Counted from the stretch's first letter, positions 1 to 8,438 are shown. The stretch is DNA of 21,469 nt from Promethearchaeota archaeon (GCA_048938385.1 JBHLMG010000030.1:1-21469), one strand, 5' to 3'. Made by a program: numbers and translations. Notes: a model not told the origin generated them from the sequence alone.

Positions 1-260
1 TCAGCAACGGCACCGACAAACCCGAACGCCACAAAGCCCGCGCCCCCACCCTCGCCAACATCCCCAGCGTCATCGAACTCCTCAAAGGCGGCCACATCGC
101 CGACTTACCCATCGCGTTAGCGTCAATTGACCCTTGTTTCTCATGCACTGATAGAATAATCTTAATTGATGAGAAAGGTAATAAAGAGGTAAAGCCTTGG
201 GATTGGTTCCAGAAGGTCAGCCGCGAGACGAGAGAGAAAGAAAAAGCTTGGCGACGATAG
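1..260 (+). CDS. Group 4 (energy-converting) [NiFe]-hydrogenase large subunit, 3' part (5' end outside window)
   Basis: My translation from nt 3: SNGTDKPERHKARAPTLANIPSVIELLKGGHIADLPIALASIDPCFSCTDRIILIDEKGNKEVKPWDWFQKVSRETREKEKAWRR*. It contains the L2 motif DPCxSCxxR typical of HycE/EchE/MbhL-type subunits and a 34-aa extension after the Arg. Not in the ORF track because no start lies in the window. Confidence 0.93.
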   Translation, partial: SNGTDKPERHKARAPTLANIPSVIELLKGGHIADLPIALASIDPCFSCTDRIILIDEKGNKEVKPWDWFQKVSRETREKEKAWRR

Positions 261-283
261 CATTCCAATCAACGACTTTATTG

Positions 284-309
284 AATAGTAGATGGCATAT
301 GCTACTATT
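284..309. terminator. Hairpin between convergent genes, possible bidirectional terminator
   Basis: AATAGTAG (284-291) and CTACTATT (302-309) are perfect reverse complements with a 10-nt loop, between the stops at 260 and 334. Confidence 0.4.
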
Positions 310-333
310 AGCTTGAATTAATTTGCTTTCATA

Positions 334-2334
334 TTAGCGCTTAGATTTTTGCTGTTGGGTTAACCAGTCATTAACAGCATCTCGTTTATATCCAGAGGAG
401 GGTAGTGCGAGAGTTGCCCAGTGTTGGGTATCATCTTCTTTTTCTGTGTATATTTCCCAGATTGTGGATACTCGTCCTGTTTCGTAAATACGTATTTCTT
501 TGAAGATTTGCTTCATTTTGATTCCAAGGCTTTGTATGAGATTTTTTTCGTCTTCGAGTAGGTTACACGGATTGTTTCTGAGGATTAACATCAACTCTTT
601 GGCTAGTTGCTGATCCTTTGTTGTCTCAGCATTTGTTTTCAGTTTCTTTAGATGTCTTTTGGTTAATACAACCCGCTTTCTTGGTTGATCGGTTCGCACG
701 GTTTGGAATTGTTTCTGACCATAATGTCGGATGAATACCTTATATTGAGGTGTGATTTTTGATTGAAAGTCGTACAGGGTGGCTTTAGGTCCTGCGTCGA
801 GAACCTGGGCGCGTTTGATGCCGAATTTCATTTGTCCGTTTCTTTCGACAAAGTATCCATCTTCGGGGATTAATTCAGCTAGGTAAGCACATTTAGCTTC
901 AGGTGTGCCATATTGAAGAGTCTGTGGTAAACGGAAGTTAGGAGCAAGGTGTTTGTCGCCTTTGGGGACGCCCCAGTGTTCGAGGAGTCGACCCACGACG
1001 GCGGTGATGGTGAGGCGTTTGCGTTGGCCTTTGAGAATCTCGGTGTTGTAGTCGGCATCACCGAGTGCTCGGAAGAGAGTTCGTACATATTCAATTCGGT
1101 TGGTGTCGTTTTCATGGTAGGTTAATACGTGAGATTTTTTGTTGATGTGACAGTCGCTGAGGGCGATGGCGATGAGGCGGGCGCGAAGGTCGTTGAGTTG
1201 ATCGCCATTGGGAAATCGTGGGTTGTGTAGTCCGCCACTTTTTTCGAGGTTAGCGATGCGACCAATTTGGATGATGTGAGAGGTGATTGGGGTGAAGGGG
1301 TGGTTGGTGGCGTTGAGGAGGAGGTGGAGGGTGTCGCCGTAGAGGTAGTGGCTGTATTGGGTGGACCAGAGTTCGTAGGGGATCGCGCGGGGCTTGTAGG
1401 TGCGGTCGCGTGTATGTGTGGTGAGTTGGTCGAGGAGTTGGCCGAGTTCTTGTTTGTTGACATTGAGGTGGCGTTGGGCGGTGTCAATGAGCTGTTGTTT
1501 GAATGCGGGGGTGAGGTAGAGGAGTTCGTTCTTGTAGGCGTTGAGCCAGTGGTCGGGGTGGGTGGGTTTGCGCCAGAGGTAGAGGACGTCGTGGTCGACG
1601 GCGAGGCGGAGTTCTTCATGGGTTTGGGTGAGGTTGAGGTGGTCGGTGAGGGTGCGTTCGAGTTCAGATTTGTTTTCGCTGATCGTGCGGGCGATGGTGC
1701 GGAGAGTTTGGGGTCCGGTTTTGTGGTAGGGTTTGAGTTCGGCGACGGTGAGCCTGGTGTCGTCACGGGTGTTGCGGTAGAGGGTGCCGAGAGTGGTGGC
1801 GAGATGTTCGGGGGTGTGGCGTTTGGGGTGGTCGAGGAAGGGGTTGAAGGTAGTGTAGACAAGGGAGGGGTCGAGGAGGTGGGTTTTGGCTTCGGGTGGT
1901 AGGGCTTGTTCCCATTGTAGTCGAGCGGCTTCGTGGATGTGGAGGGTGCGTTCGAGGTGGGGTTGTTTGACCTCGAGGTGCCAGTCGCGGAGGCGTCCCC
2001 AGGGTACGCCAGTGGTGTCTTCGAGTTCTTTGTAGGTTTTTTCCGTGAGCTGTCCGTCCTCGCGGGCGGCGGTGAGGGTGCGGTGCCAAAGGGCGTTAGT
2101 ATAGGCGTGGTCGAAGGTGTCCCGGGCTTCGAGGTAGGGGTGGCGGTGGAGGTCCTGTTCGAGGCTGTGCCAGGCGGTGTAGCCGTAAGCATCGAGGAGG
2201 GCTTGCGCGTCGGGATTAGTGCCGAGGTCGGTGGGGAGGGTGTCCCAGTCCTTGATTGGGTGCCAGTCTGGTGCGTCGCTTACGAAGTCGACTTTCATTC
2301 CGTGTTGGTCCGTAGTACTGTTACCTATATACAT
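334..2334 (-). CDS. Free-standing two-motif LAGLIDADG (DOD)-like endonuclease with N-terminal HTH-like region
   Basis: 666-aa ORF. Motif-1-like RLIAIALSDCHI, block-D-like LLEHWGVPKGDK, motif-2-like LPQTLQYGTPEAKCAYLAELIPEDGYF and block-H-like LLEDEKNLIQSLGIK, in the order seen in intein-type endonucleases. No intein splicing termini. HTH-like TYKELEDTTGVPWGRLRDW. Alternative start ATG at 2298, about 28 nt after a TATA-like TATATA on the minus strand. Confidence 0.7.
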   Translation of the reverse strand: MYIGNSTTDQHGMKVDFVSDAPDWHPIKDWDTLPTDLGTNPDAQALLDAYGYTAWHSLEQDLHRHPYLEARDTFDHAYTNALWHRTLTAAREDGQLTEKTYKELEDTTGVPWGRLRDWHLEVKQPHLERTLHIHEAARLQWEQALPPEAKTHLLDPSLVYTTFNPFLDHPKRHTPEHLATTLGTLYRNTRDDTRLTVAELKPYHKTGPQTLRTIARTISENKSELERTLTDHLNLTQTHEELRLAVDHDVLYLWRKPTHPDHWLNAYKNELLYLTPAFKQQLIDTAQRHLNVNKQELGQLLDQLTTHTRDRTYKPRAIPYELWSTQYSHYLYGDTLHLLLNATNHPFTPITSHIIQIGRIANLEKSGGLHNPRFPNGDQLNDLRARLIAIALSDCHINKKSHVLTYHENDTNRIEYVRTLFRALGDADYNTEILKGQRKRLTITAVVGRLLEHWGVPKGDKHLAPNFRLPQTLQYGTPEAKCAYLAELIPEDGYFVERNGQMKFGIKRAQVLDAGPKATLYDFQSKITPQYKVFIRHYGQKQFQTVRTDQPRKRVVLTKRHLKKLKTNAETTKDQQLAKELMLILRNNPCNLLEDEKNLIQSLGIKMKQIFKEIRIYETGRVSTIWEIYTEKEDDTQHWATLALPSSGYKRDAVNDWLTQQQKSKR

Positions 2335-2352
2335 AGAGGGAGCAGGTGGAAA

Positions 2353-2424
2353 GTGAAGGCGTGGGCATGATTTGAGGTGAAGAGCCGGGAAGCGCGGGAC
2401 CGCGTGAAGGCGTGGCGTCGCTAG
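2353..2424 (+). pseudogene. Displaced copy R1 of hydrogenase large subunit 3' tail
   Basis: Translates VKAWA*FEVKSREARDRVKAWRR*, collinear with VKPWDWFQKVSRETREKEKAWRR* of the gene at 1-260. TGA replaces a Trp codon. Confidence 0.9.
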
Positions 2425-2594
2425 TCTAGAAGACTTGTTGATCCTAGTTCTTGCTGTCTTGTAGTGGTCTTGATCTTCGAGTGGGTTGTGAGTGCGTCCT
2501 GCTTGTGTAGCGTTTCGTTGGTTTCTTGGAGACTGGTATCGTTGGATTTAAGGGGTATGAGTTGGTAGGGGTAGGGTTGGAAGGGGTGTGGTCG

Positions 2595-4556
2595 TTGAAC
2601 CGTCGATGGATTGTTTCTTGTGGTCTCCTGTGTGTTTTAGGGGTGGTAGTCAGTGCTGGTATGAGTTATCCGATCCCTACTCAGGCCCAAGCCCCCTTTT
2701 TTTCCATGGCACTGGGGGCTGATGACGACACTCCGAATAGGGTTTGGTGGACAGAAATCATAGCTGATGCGTGGCGACGACTAAACATTGATGCTACTCC
2801 CTACTTTGGCCCTTGGAGTTATTGGATTCCACGAGTGTTAGAACCCACATCAGACAGCATCGGGAAACCCCATGCTGAAGGCGGATATGATGTCTTCTTC
2901 CTTGGAGGGAGGTTGAGTCGGATCACGGATCCGACCAGCTTTTTCCATAGTGATGCCATGGTCCCAGCGGGATATAACTATCCACTTTGGAATGACTCGG
3001 TCAACGATGCGCTGATTGATGCGATTATTACCGAACCAAATGTTACGGCGCGAAACTTGTTGCTCTTCCAATGGCAGCAACATTTCCAGGAGGAAAGCCC
3101 CAAAGCGATTCTCTTCTACCCTAAGGAGGCCTGGGCGTATACCCCCTCGATGCGCAACTTCGAGTCCTTCCCCTACACTTTCCCAAATACAGGAGATCCG
3201 GGGATCCGCATGGATACTCCGACACTAAAAATCGGGACTAACTTCATTCCTTTTGACTTCAATCCAATTCTCGCTGGAACGGATAAGTGGTCCTCACACC
3301 AGGATCGGCTCGCTATCAACCCCTGCTTTGATGCCCTCTACTACTATAACAGCAGTACGGATTTCTTCAACTTTGTGCGCACTCCATGTCTCACCACGCA
3401 GGACTATGAAGTTTCATCTGATGGGCGGAACTGGACCATCCACCTGCGCGATGATGTCTACTGGCCCACAGGTTTCCGGTTCAACGCGAGCGATCTCGCC
3501 ATGACATATCATGCCTGTCTTATCCCTGCCTTCCAAGATAGGAATTCTGGGGAAGTACGACATTATGACGAGTTTGTAGAAACGGGTTTGACCAACGAGA
3601 GCATCGTCGTCGTGGACGAGTTCACGGTCACCGTGACATTCCCCACCCCCTATGCGTGGGCCGCATCCTTGCTGAACATCCAGCCCCTCTCCTGGGTTGC
3701 CATGAAAGACATACCTTGGACCAGCTGGACCACTCATGGCTCCAATACTGGGATCCAGTGGACAACAACCGATATCAACGGGGAGCCCTATGCAGTCTTT
3801 GGCTGTTTGGGAGTGGGACCGTATGTGGTGCATGATATTGGCAGTGGATGGAACGCCACGATGGGAACCTTCCGAGCAGATCTTCGTGATCCCATGGGGA
3901 GTAAGGGGGCGTTAGCCAATGGAACCATTATTTCCTATCATAATGGGGTGAGGGGGTTTGGCAGTGAGCCTATGCCAGCTATTTACGAAGTTCAACAATT
4001 TTTCAGTTTAGATGCTGCTATTGACGCCTTGGAGTCTGGTCAGGTTGATCTCATTGACTCCCAGTTCATGATCCAATCCAAGTTGGGATTAATCGACCCC
4101 GCTTGGGGAAAAATTCTCGTGGGGATGGCGTTAAAACTCCAAGAAGTTGGGTTTAACATGCAGCATCCAATCTTTGGCACTGGTGAAGCTACTCCCAACG
4201 GACAAGCAGATCCCGCTAACGCAGCGTTGTATGCCAAGTATGTTAGGCAAGCACTGAATTACATGATTCCCCGGGGACAAATCATCGAACAACGACTGAC
4301 AGGATTTGCTGAACTTGGTGTGACCTTCGTTTCACCGTTAACATCGGCGTATTCGCCTGCGATCCACCAGTATATGTATAATGAGGCTGCGGCGTGGGAA
4401 TGTATGGAGCTGGCTGGATATGTTCGCCCTCCTGGGTGCCCGTACTATCCTTGTCCAGAAGCCATAATCCTGTTATTGGGAGTCGTAGTGATTATTCAGG
4501 TCGGCCTATTGGCAGTTCTCCTGTGGCGTAATTACAGCCGTCAAGTCCAAAAATAA
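2595..4556 (+). CDS. ABC transporter solute-binding protein, family 5 (OppA/DppA-like), circularly permuted, with C-terminal membrane anchor
   Basis: SBP5 motifs YEVSSDGRNWTIHLRDDVYWPTGFRFNASDL and VRQALNYMIPRGQII...ELAGY. Signal-peptide-like N-terminus from TTG 2595 (GGGGTG upstream; the ORF track starts at 2526). C-terminal TM helix plus basic tail. Confidence 0.85.
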   Translation: MNRRWIVSCGLLCVLGVVVSAGMSYPIPTQAQAPFFSMALGADDDTPNRVWWTEIIADAWRRLNIDATPYFGPWSYWIPRVLEPTSDSIGKPHAEGGYDVFFLGGRLSRITDPTSFFHSDAMVPAGYNYPLWNDSVNDALIDAIITEPNVTARNLLLFQWQQHFQEESPKAILFYPKEAWAYTPSMRNFESFPYTFPNTGDPGIRMDTPTLKIGTNFIPFDFNPILAGTDKWSSHQDRLAINPCFDALYYYNSSTDFFNFVRTPCLTTQDYEVSSDGRNWTIHLRDDVYWPTGFRFNASDLAMTYHACLIPAFQDRNSGEVRHYDEFVETGLTNESIVVVDEFTVTVTFPTPYAWAASLLNIQPLSWVAMKDIPWTSWTTHGSNTGIQWTTTDINGEPYAVFGCLGVGPYVVHDIGSGWNATMGTFRADLRDPMGSKGALANGTIISYHNGVRGFGSEPMPAIYEVQQFFSLDAAIDALESGQVDLIDSQFMIQSKLGLIDPAWGKILVGMALKLQEVGFNMQHPIFGTGEATPNGQADPANAALYAKYVRQALNYMIPRGQIIEQRLTGFAELGVTFVSPLTSAYSPAIHQYMYNEAAAWECMELAGYVRPPGCPYYPCPEAIILLLGVVVIIQVGLLAVLLWRNYSRQVQK

Positions 4557-4588
4557 CTTCGATTCATACCCCGAACCCTTATTCAAAG

Positions 4589-4716
4589 CCTTGTTTTCAT
4601 GCACAGACCGAGTCATCCTAGCGTATCCGGATGGACATCGGGAAGAAAAACCTTGGGCGTGGTTCCTGCAGAAGAGTCGGGAAGAGCGGGACCGCGTGAA
4701 GGCGTGGCGCCGATGA
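4589..4716 (+). pseudogene. Displaced copy R2 of hydrogenase large subunit 3' tail
   Basis: CCTTGT (PC), a 1-nt deletion, then FSCTDRVILAYPDGHREEKPWAWFLQKSREERDRVKAWRR*. 24/40 aa identical, ungapped, to the last 40 aa of the gene at 1-260. Confidence 0.95.
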
Positions 4717-4864
4717 TCATTAGGTTTCCATAGGGAGTAGGGTAGATGACCGCTCCAATCGTCCTCCACATATCCCATGCTAGTTTGCCACCTTTTTGAT
4801 GTATTAAGGATTTATGTGGCTGGTGTTGCCCATGGGCAATTGGTGGCCCCTTAGGGAGGGGATG

Positions 4865-4930
4865 AAAAGTTGTCAGTAACAGGTTAATTTTTATAGGGCG
4901 GTGTTTTAAAAGTTGTCAATAACGGGTTAA
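4865..4930 (+). promoter_or_regulatory. Two 23-bp direct repeats flanking a TATA box; probable operator of the downstream HTH gene
   Basis: AAAAGTTGTCAGTAACAGGTTAA (4865-4887) and AAAAGTTGTCAATAACGGGTTAA (4908-4930), 21/23 identical, with TTTTTATA at 4888-4895 between them. Confidence 0.7.
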
Positions 4931-4946
4931 CTTGAAGGGATTCGGA

Positions 4947-5426
4947 TTGTTCACTAATTTTCGGTATCCGACGGCGCAGCAAGGATGGATCTGGCTGAAA
5001 CGTCGTCAGCGCGTCCGTCCATCTGAGATTGCCGAGGAATTGCAGGTGTCGCGGCCTTTTGTGAGTAAAACCCAGCAGCGAGCGGAAGCCAAGATTAAAA
5101 AGCTCTTGGAGCATGCGGCGGCGATTAATCGTATTGAGGTACAGTGCTTGAATCCGCGGTTTGGCATCGTTGTGGGCTACTGTGCCGCGACCCAGACCGT
5201 GACCTATATTACATATTCTCCACAGCTAGGGGTGCAAACATGGTTCACCCATCAAGGAGACTGTGGAACTTGTGCGCAACGCGTAGAGTGTGAAGTGATG
5301 TTGCAGCAGTTGGCTGCCGAATGGAAAATCGTTCTTCCTGATAAGCAGCGTCCTACGGAATTAGCACTTCATTTATTCAAGACAATTGAAAAACAACTTA
5401 ATCTGCCGGAGGTGAAACCTCGGTGA
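4947..5426 (+). CDS. HTH transcriptional regulator with C-terminal His/Cys metal-binding motif
   Basis: HTH RPSEIAEELQVSRPFVSKT; C-terminal HQGDCGTCAQRVEC (HxxxCxxCx5C). Start at TTG 4947 or 4932. Confidence 0.75.
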   Translation: MFTNFRYPTAQQGWIWLKRRQRVRPSEIAEELQVSRPFVSKTQQRAEAKIKKLLEHAAAINRIEVQCLNPRFGIVVGYCAATQTVTYITYSPQLGVQTWFTHQGDCGTCAQRVECEVMLQQLAAEWKIVLPDKQRPTELALHLFKTIEKQLNLPEVKPR

Positions 5427-6430
5427 GTGCAAAACAGAATAAGAAAGCCCGGATCTGTCCTATCCCACCGAAACCGCGAATATCGCCGCCCAGCGTAGTG
5501 AAGGTGGATGCTCGCCTTCGGTGGCACCTCAATCCCTTTCTGTTAAAGAAAGTGGGCGCAATCCTCATCTTCTTTGGTGCGGTTCTTATTTTTGTAGCAC
5601 AAGTATGGATTAGTGCGATTTGTGCTCAATTTGTCTCCATCTTAGGGTTTGACCTGATTCTTGCAAGGAATATAGTAAATCCGATGATAGTTGCGATGAG
5701 TTTTGGAATCCTTTCCGGATCGATGGTTCTCATCGGTGCAATCTTGATGTATTTTAAGAACGTGAAAATTGGAACATCGTTGGCCATCTTTTGGGCTTTA
5801 CTGGCCAATCTAATGCTCGCATTGATCTTACTTTTACGCACAGAAATTCATGAGTATGTGTTCTACATTCCCTTCTGGCAAACATTTGCCCCAGGTATTA
5901 TCGGTTCTATTGTTGGCGTCTTAGGAGGGCGTATAGGCTTGGCATCGCTTCGAACGCCACAAGCAATTTCACCCGAAGGAGTAGTTAAAACGAGCCAACT
6001 TAGAACAGCAGGTTGGGCGTTAAGTCTTCTCGGGGCAGGAATAATCGTGTTTATCCAATTGCTGCTACTGTTCTGGTACCTGGAAAATACCATCTTCAAT
6101 CCATTTTACCCATACGGGATGGATAGCTTCGCATTATCCAATCTGTCAATTATAAAAATCGGTATTTTCGTTACGCTTATCGGCGGCATCGGATTACTTT
6201 CAACCCTACTCATCATTAGTAATCTATACGCCAAACTGGGCGATGTCTTAGTCTTCATTTTTACTATACCCGCCATCTTACCATTCTATTGGGGTACAAT
6301 TCAACCCCTTCTCTTCATTCTCATACAAGGCACCGGTGCGGGATTAGCCATAGGAGGCAGTATACTCAGCCTTTCTGCAGCTCTCTATTTACATAAAATC
6401 CCACAAGCACAACCCATAGTTAATCCTTGA
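5423..6430 (+). CDS. Multi-pass membrane protein (about 8 TM) with internal duplication
   Basis: 335 aa, hydrophobic. The two halves begin LKKVGAILIFFGAVLIFVAQ and LRTAGWALSLLGAGIIVFIQ. GTGA start/stop overlap with the HTH gene. Confidence 0.75.
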   Translation: MSAKQNKKARICPIPPKPRISPPSVVKVDARLRWHLNPFLLKKVGAILIFFGAVLIFVAQVWISAICAQFVSILGFDLILARNIVNPMIVAMSFGILSGSMVLIGAILMYFKNVKIGTSLAIFWALLANLMLALILLLRTEIHEYVFYIPFWQTFAPGIIGSIVGVLGGRIGLASLRTPQAISPEGVVKTSQLRTAGWALSLLGAGIIVFIQLLLLFWYLENTIFNPFYPYGMDSFALSNLSIIKIGIFVTLIGGIGLLSTLLIISNLYAKLGDVLVFIFTIPAILPFYWGTIQPLLFILIQGTGAGLAIGGSILSLSAALYLHKIPQAQPIVNP

Positions 6431-6461
6431 GAATTTAAAATTAGAAACATTGAACACCTAG

Positions 6462-6542
6462 AAACAGGAGGTGCGTCTGTGGGTGTGGTTCGGGCAGAAG
6501 AGCCGGGAAGAACGCAAATGTGTAACGGTCTGGCAGCGTTAA
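6462..6542 (+). pseudogene. Displaced copy R3 of hydrogenase large subunit 3' tail
   Basis: Translates KQEVRLWVWFGQKSREERKCVTVWQR*, collinear with NKEVKPWDWFQKVSRETREKEKAWRR* and with R2. Confidence 0.85.
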
Positions 6543-6802
6543 ACCGTCGTAATCTATTAAATGAAAGTAGTAGCTGTAGGTTTCCTTGCAAGAAGTGGGG
6601 TGCTGAATTCGCTTTCATGCAGGGAAGTTGTATGCTTCAAAGTTGAAGGAGTGGATGATGAAACAGGCCACTGCTCGTATTTTCTAGAAAGCATGGGAAG
6701 GTTTTGTGCTGGCTGGGTAGTTTCCTTAAGGGATGAGGGAAATATCTGCTAGGAAGGTGAATGATTCAATCGGTTTAGTGTCTGAAGTAGTTGGTGATTA
6801 GA

Positions 6803-7783
6803 ATGAAGTTATGTGTTCACATCGAACCGCATGCGGGATATTCTTATGAGGATATTGTGATGCTAGCTAAGGCGGCCGATGATGCCGGTTTCTACCGGTT
6901 CTCGGTTTCGGATCATTTCTTTGGGTATCCAAAAGGGACAGAGCTTCCGTGCTATGAGGCGTGGACCACCATCGCATTGCTTACTCCACAGACTGAACGG
7001 ATCATGCTGGGTACTCAGGTGACATCGCAGTCTTATCGGAATCCCGCGCTTCTGGCGAAAATTGTGGCAAATCTGGATAATGCATCCAATGGAAGAATGG
7101 ATTTGGGCATTGGCGCGGGATGGAAAGCGGCAGAATACGAGGCGTATGGGTATTCGTTTCCGTCGTCGAAGACGAGGATATTACAGCTTCGAGAGGCACT
7201 GCAAATAATCAAGCTCCTGTGGACAGAAGAGCGACCGAGCTTTGTGGGTAAGTTTTACCGTATTAGAGACGCGATGTTTCTGCCAAAACCGATACAGAAG
7301 CCGAGAGTGCCAATTTGGATTGGGATGTTGGCGTTGGATGCGCCCATGATGGAAGAGACTGCAGCGAGGTATGGGGATGGAGTGGATTATGGGGGGACAC
7401 TGACGGAATACGCTCAAAAAATGGAGCATGTTGAAGTGGCATGCGAGAAAGTCGGACGGGATTTTCAAGAGATTCGATGGTCAGTTGGTGTAATTGCGGT
7501 GGTGATCGGTGAAGATGAAGAGGATTATGAACAGAAGAAACAGGATGTGCTCAAGCAAGAGTGGACTCAGAAAATCCTAGATGAATCAATGAAAGCGAAG
7601 TGGTTAGATGCGGCGGTTGTCAAAGAGATCGCAGGACCACCAGAGTTGGTGATTGAGAAGCTCTCCAAGTACAAAGACAAAGTGGAGTTAGTGAATATTT
7701 GTTTGCCATTCGTGGGAGACCTGCGCGAGAATGGATTAGAGACCATCAGGATTCTGAAAGAGCGAATTGCTCCAAAATTATGA
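6803..7783 (+). CDS. Luciferase-like monooxygenase (LLM) family, probable F420-dependent oxidoreductase
   Basis: Motifs SDHF, EAWTT, YRNPALLAK, GRMDLGIGAGW, PKPIQKPRVPIWIG. ATG at 6803 follows GGTGA (the ORF track starts at 6791). Confidence 0.88.
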   Translation: MKLCVHIEPHAGYSYEDIVMLAKAADDAGFYRFSVSDHFFGYPKGTELPCYEAWTTIALLTPQTERIMLGTQVTSQSYRNPALLAKIVANLDNASNGRMDLGIGAGWKAAEYEAYGYSFPSSKTRILQLREALQIIKLLWTEERPSFVGKFYRIRDAMFLPKPIQKPRVPIWIGMLALDAPMMEETAARYGDGVDYGGTLTEYAQKMEHVEVACEKVGRDFQEIRWSVGVIAVVIGEDEEDYEQKKQDVLKQEWTQKILDESMKAKWLDAAVVKEIAGPPELVIEKLSKYKDKVELVNICLPFVGDLRENGLETIRILKERIAPKL

Positions 7784-7837
7784 TTTCAAGCATCATTAGC
7801 GCCGGAGCGCGAACAACGGAAGACATGGCGACGGTAA
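7781..7837 (+). pseudogene. Displaced copy R4 of hydrogenase large subunit 3' tail (short, degenerate)
   Basis: *FQASLAPEREQRKTWRR* has the same codon count as WFQKVSRETREKEKAWRR*. The clearest part is 7805-7837, EREQRKTWRR*. Confidence 0.7.
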
Positions 7838-7956
7838 TTCGCTTGTAATCTTCTGCGTGAGAGTACTGTTTCGGAATTGCATCGTATTTGGTAGTGTGAG
7901 TGCTAGTATTTGCGAAAGGCAATTAGTGATATGTCGCAAGAACAGAATTGATTGAC

Positions 7957-8358
7957 ATGAAGAATACAAGAAAACTAACCGAAGAGCAATGGAAGAAAAA
8001 GCTCTCCAAACAAGAATACCATGTATTGCGAGAGAAGGGAACCGAACGGCCGTTTACGGGGAAATATTGGAAGCATAAAGAGAAGGGGACTTACAAGTGT
8101 GCAGGGTGTGGGGTTGAGCTCTTTGCGTCGGACACGAAATTCGAGTCGAGTTGTGGGTGGCCGAGTTTTTATGCGGCGCTCGATAAGGATAAAATTGAGG
8201 AGAAACTCGATCTATCGCATGGGATGCGGCGAATCGAAGTGTTGTGCAAGAACTGTGGTGGGCATCTGGGACATGTGTTTGATGATGGGCCGAGAGAGAA
8301 AACGGGGTTACGCTACTGTATCAATTCCGTCGCGCTCGATTTTAAAAAGGATGAGTAG
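7957..8358 (+). CDS. msrB: Peptide methionine-R-sulfoxide reductase MsrB
   Basis: [10 protein letters not shown], two CxxC Zn ligand pairs (CAGC, CKNC), [16 protein letters not shown] and catalytic RYCINS. Confidence 0.96.
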   Translation: MKNTRKLTEEQWKKKLSKQEYHVLREKGTERPFTGKYWKHKEKGTYKCAGCGVELFASDTKFESSCGWPSFYAALDKDKIEEKLDLSHGMRRIEVLCKNCGGHLGHVFDDGPREKTGLRYCINSVALDFKKDE

Positions 8359-8438
8359 TGCTGTTCTTTTGTATACCTCACGAAGCGAATGACAGGGGTT
8401 TTACACCGTAGGATTTTATGAAAAGGAGGATATTTGGA

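Noticed and set aside
334-2334. Intein or intron-encoded endonuclease
   Set aside because: No host extein, no Cys/Ser start or His-Asn end, and it is on the opposite strand to the hydrogenase gene.
1122-2370. Long overlapping ORFs (356-aa S/T/P-rich minus; 211-aa and 145-aa V/E/G-rich plus; 108-aa minus)
   Set aside because: Shadow frames of the 666-aa gene, caused by strong C/G strand skew that depletes stop codons.
2368-2370. In-frame TGA in R1 (and R4) as selenocysteine or recoding
   Set aside because: It replaces Trp, not Cys, in start-less remnants; TGA is an ordinary stop in neighbouring genes.
6561-6752. 63-aa ORF between R3 and the LLM gene
   Set aside because: No recognisable motif or ribosome-binding site; cannot be supported as a gene.
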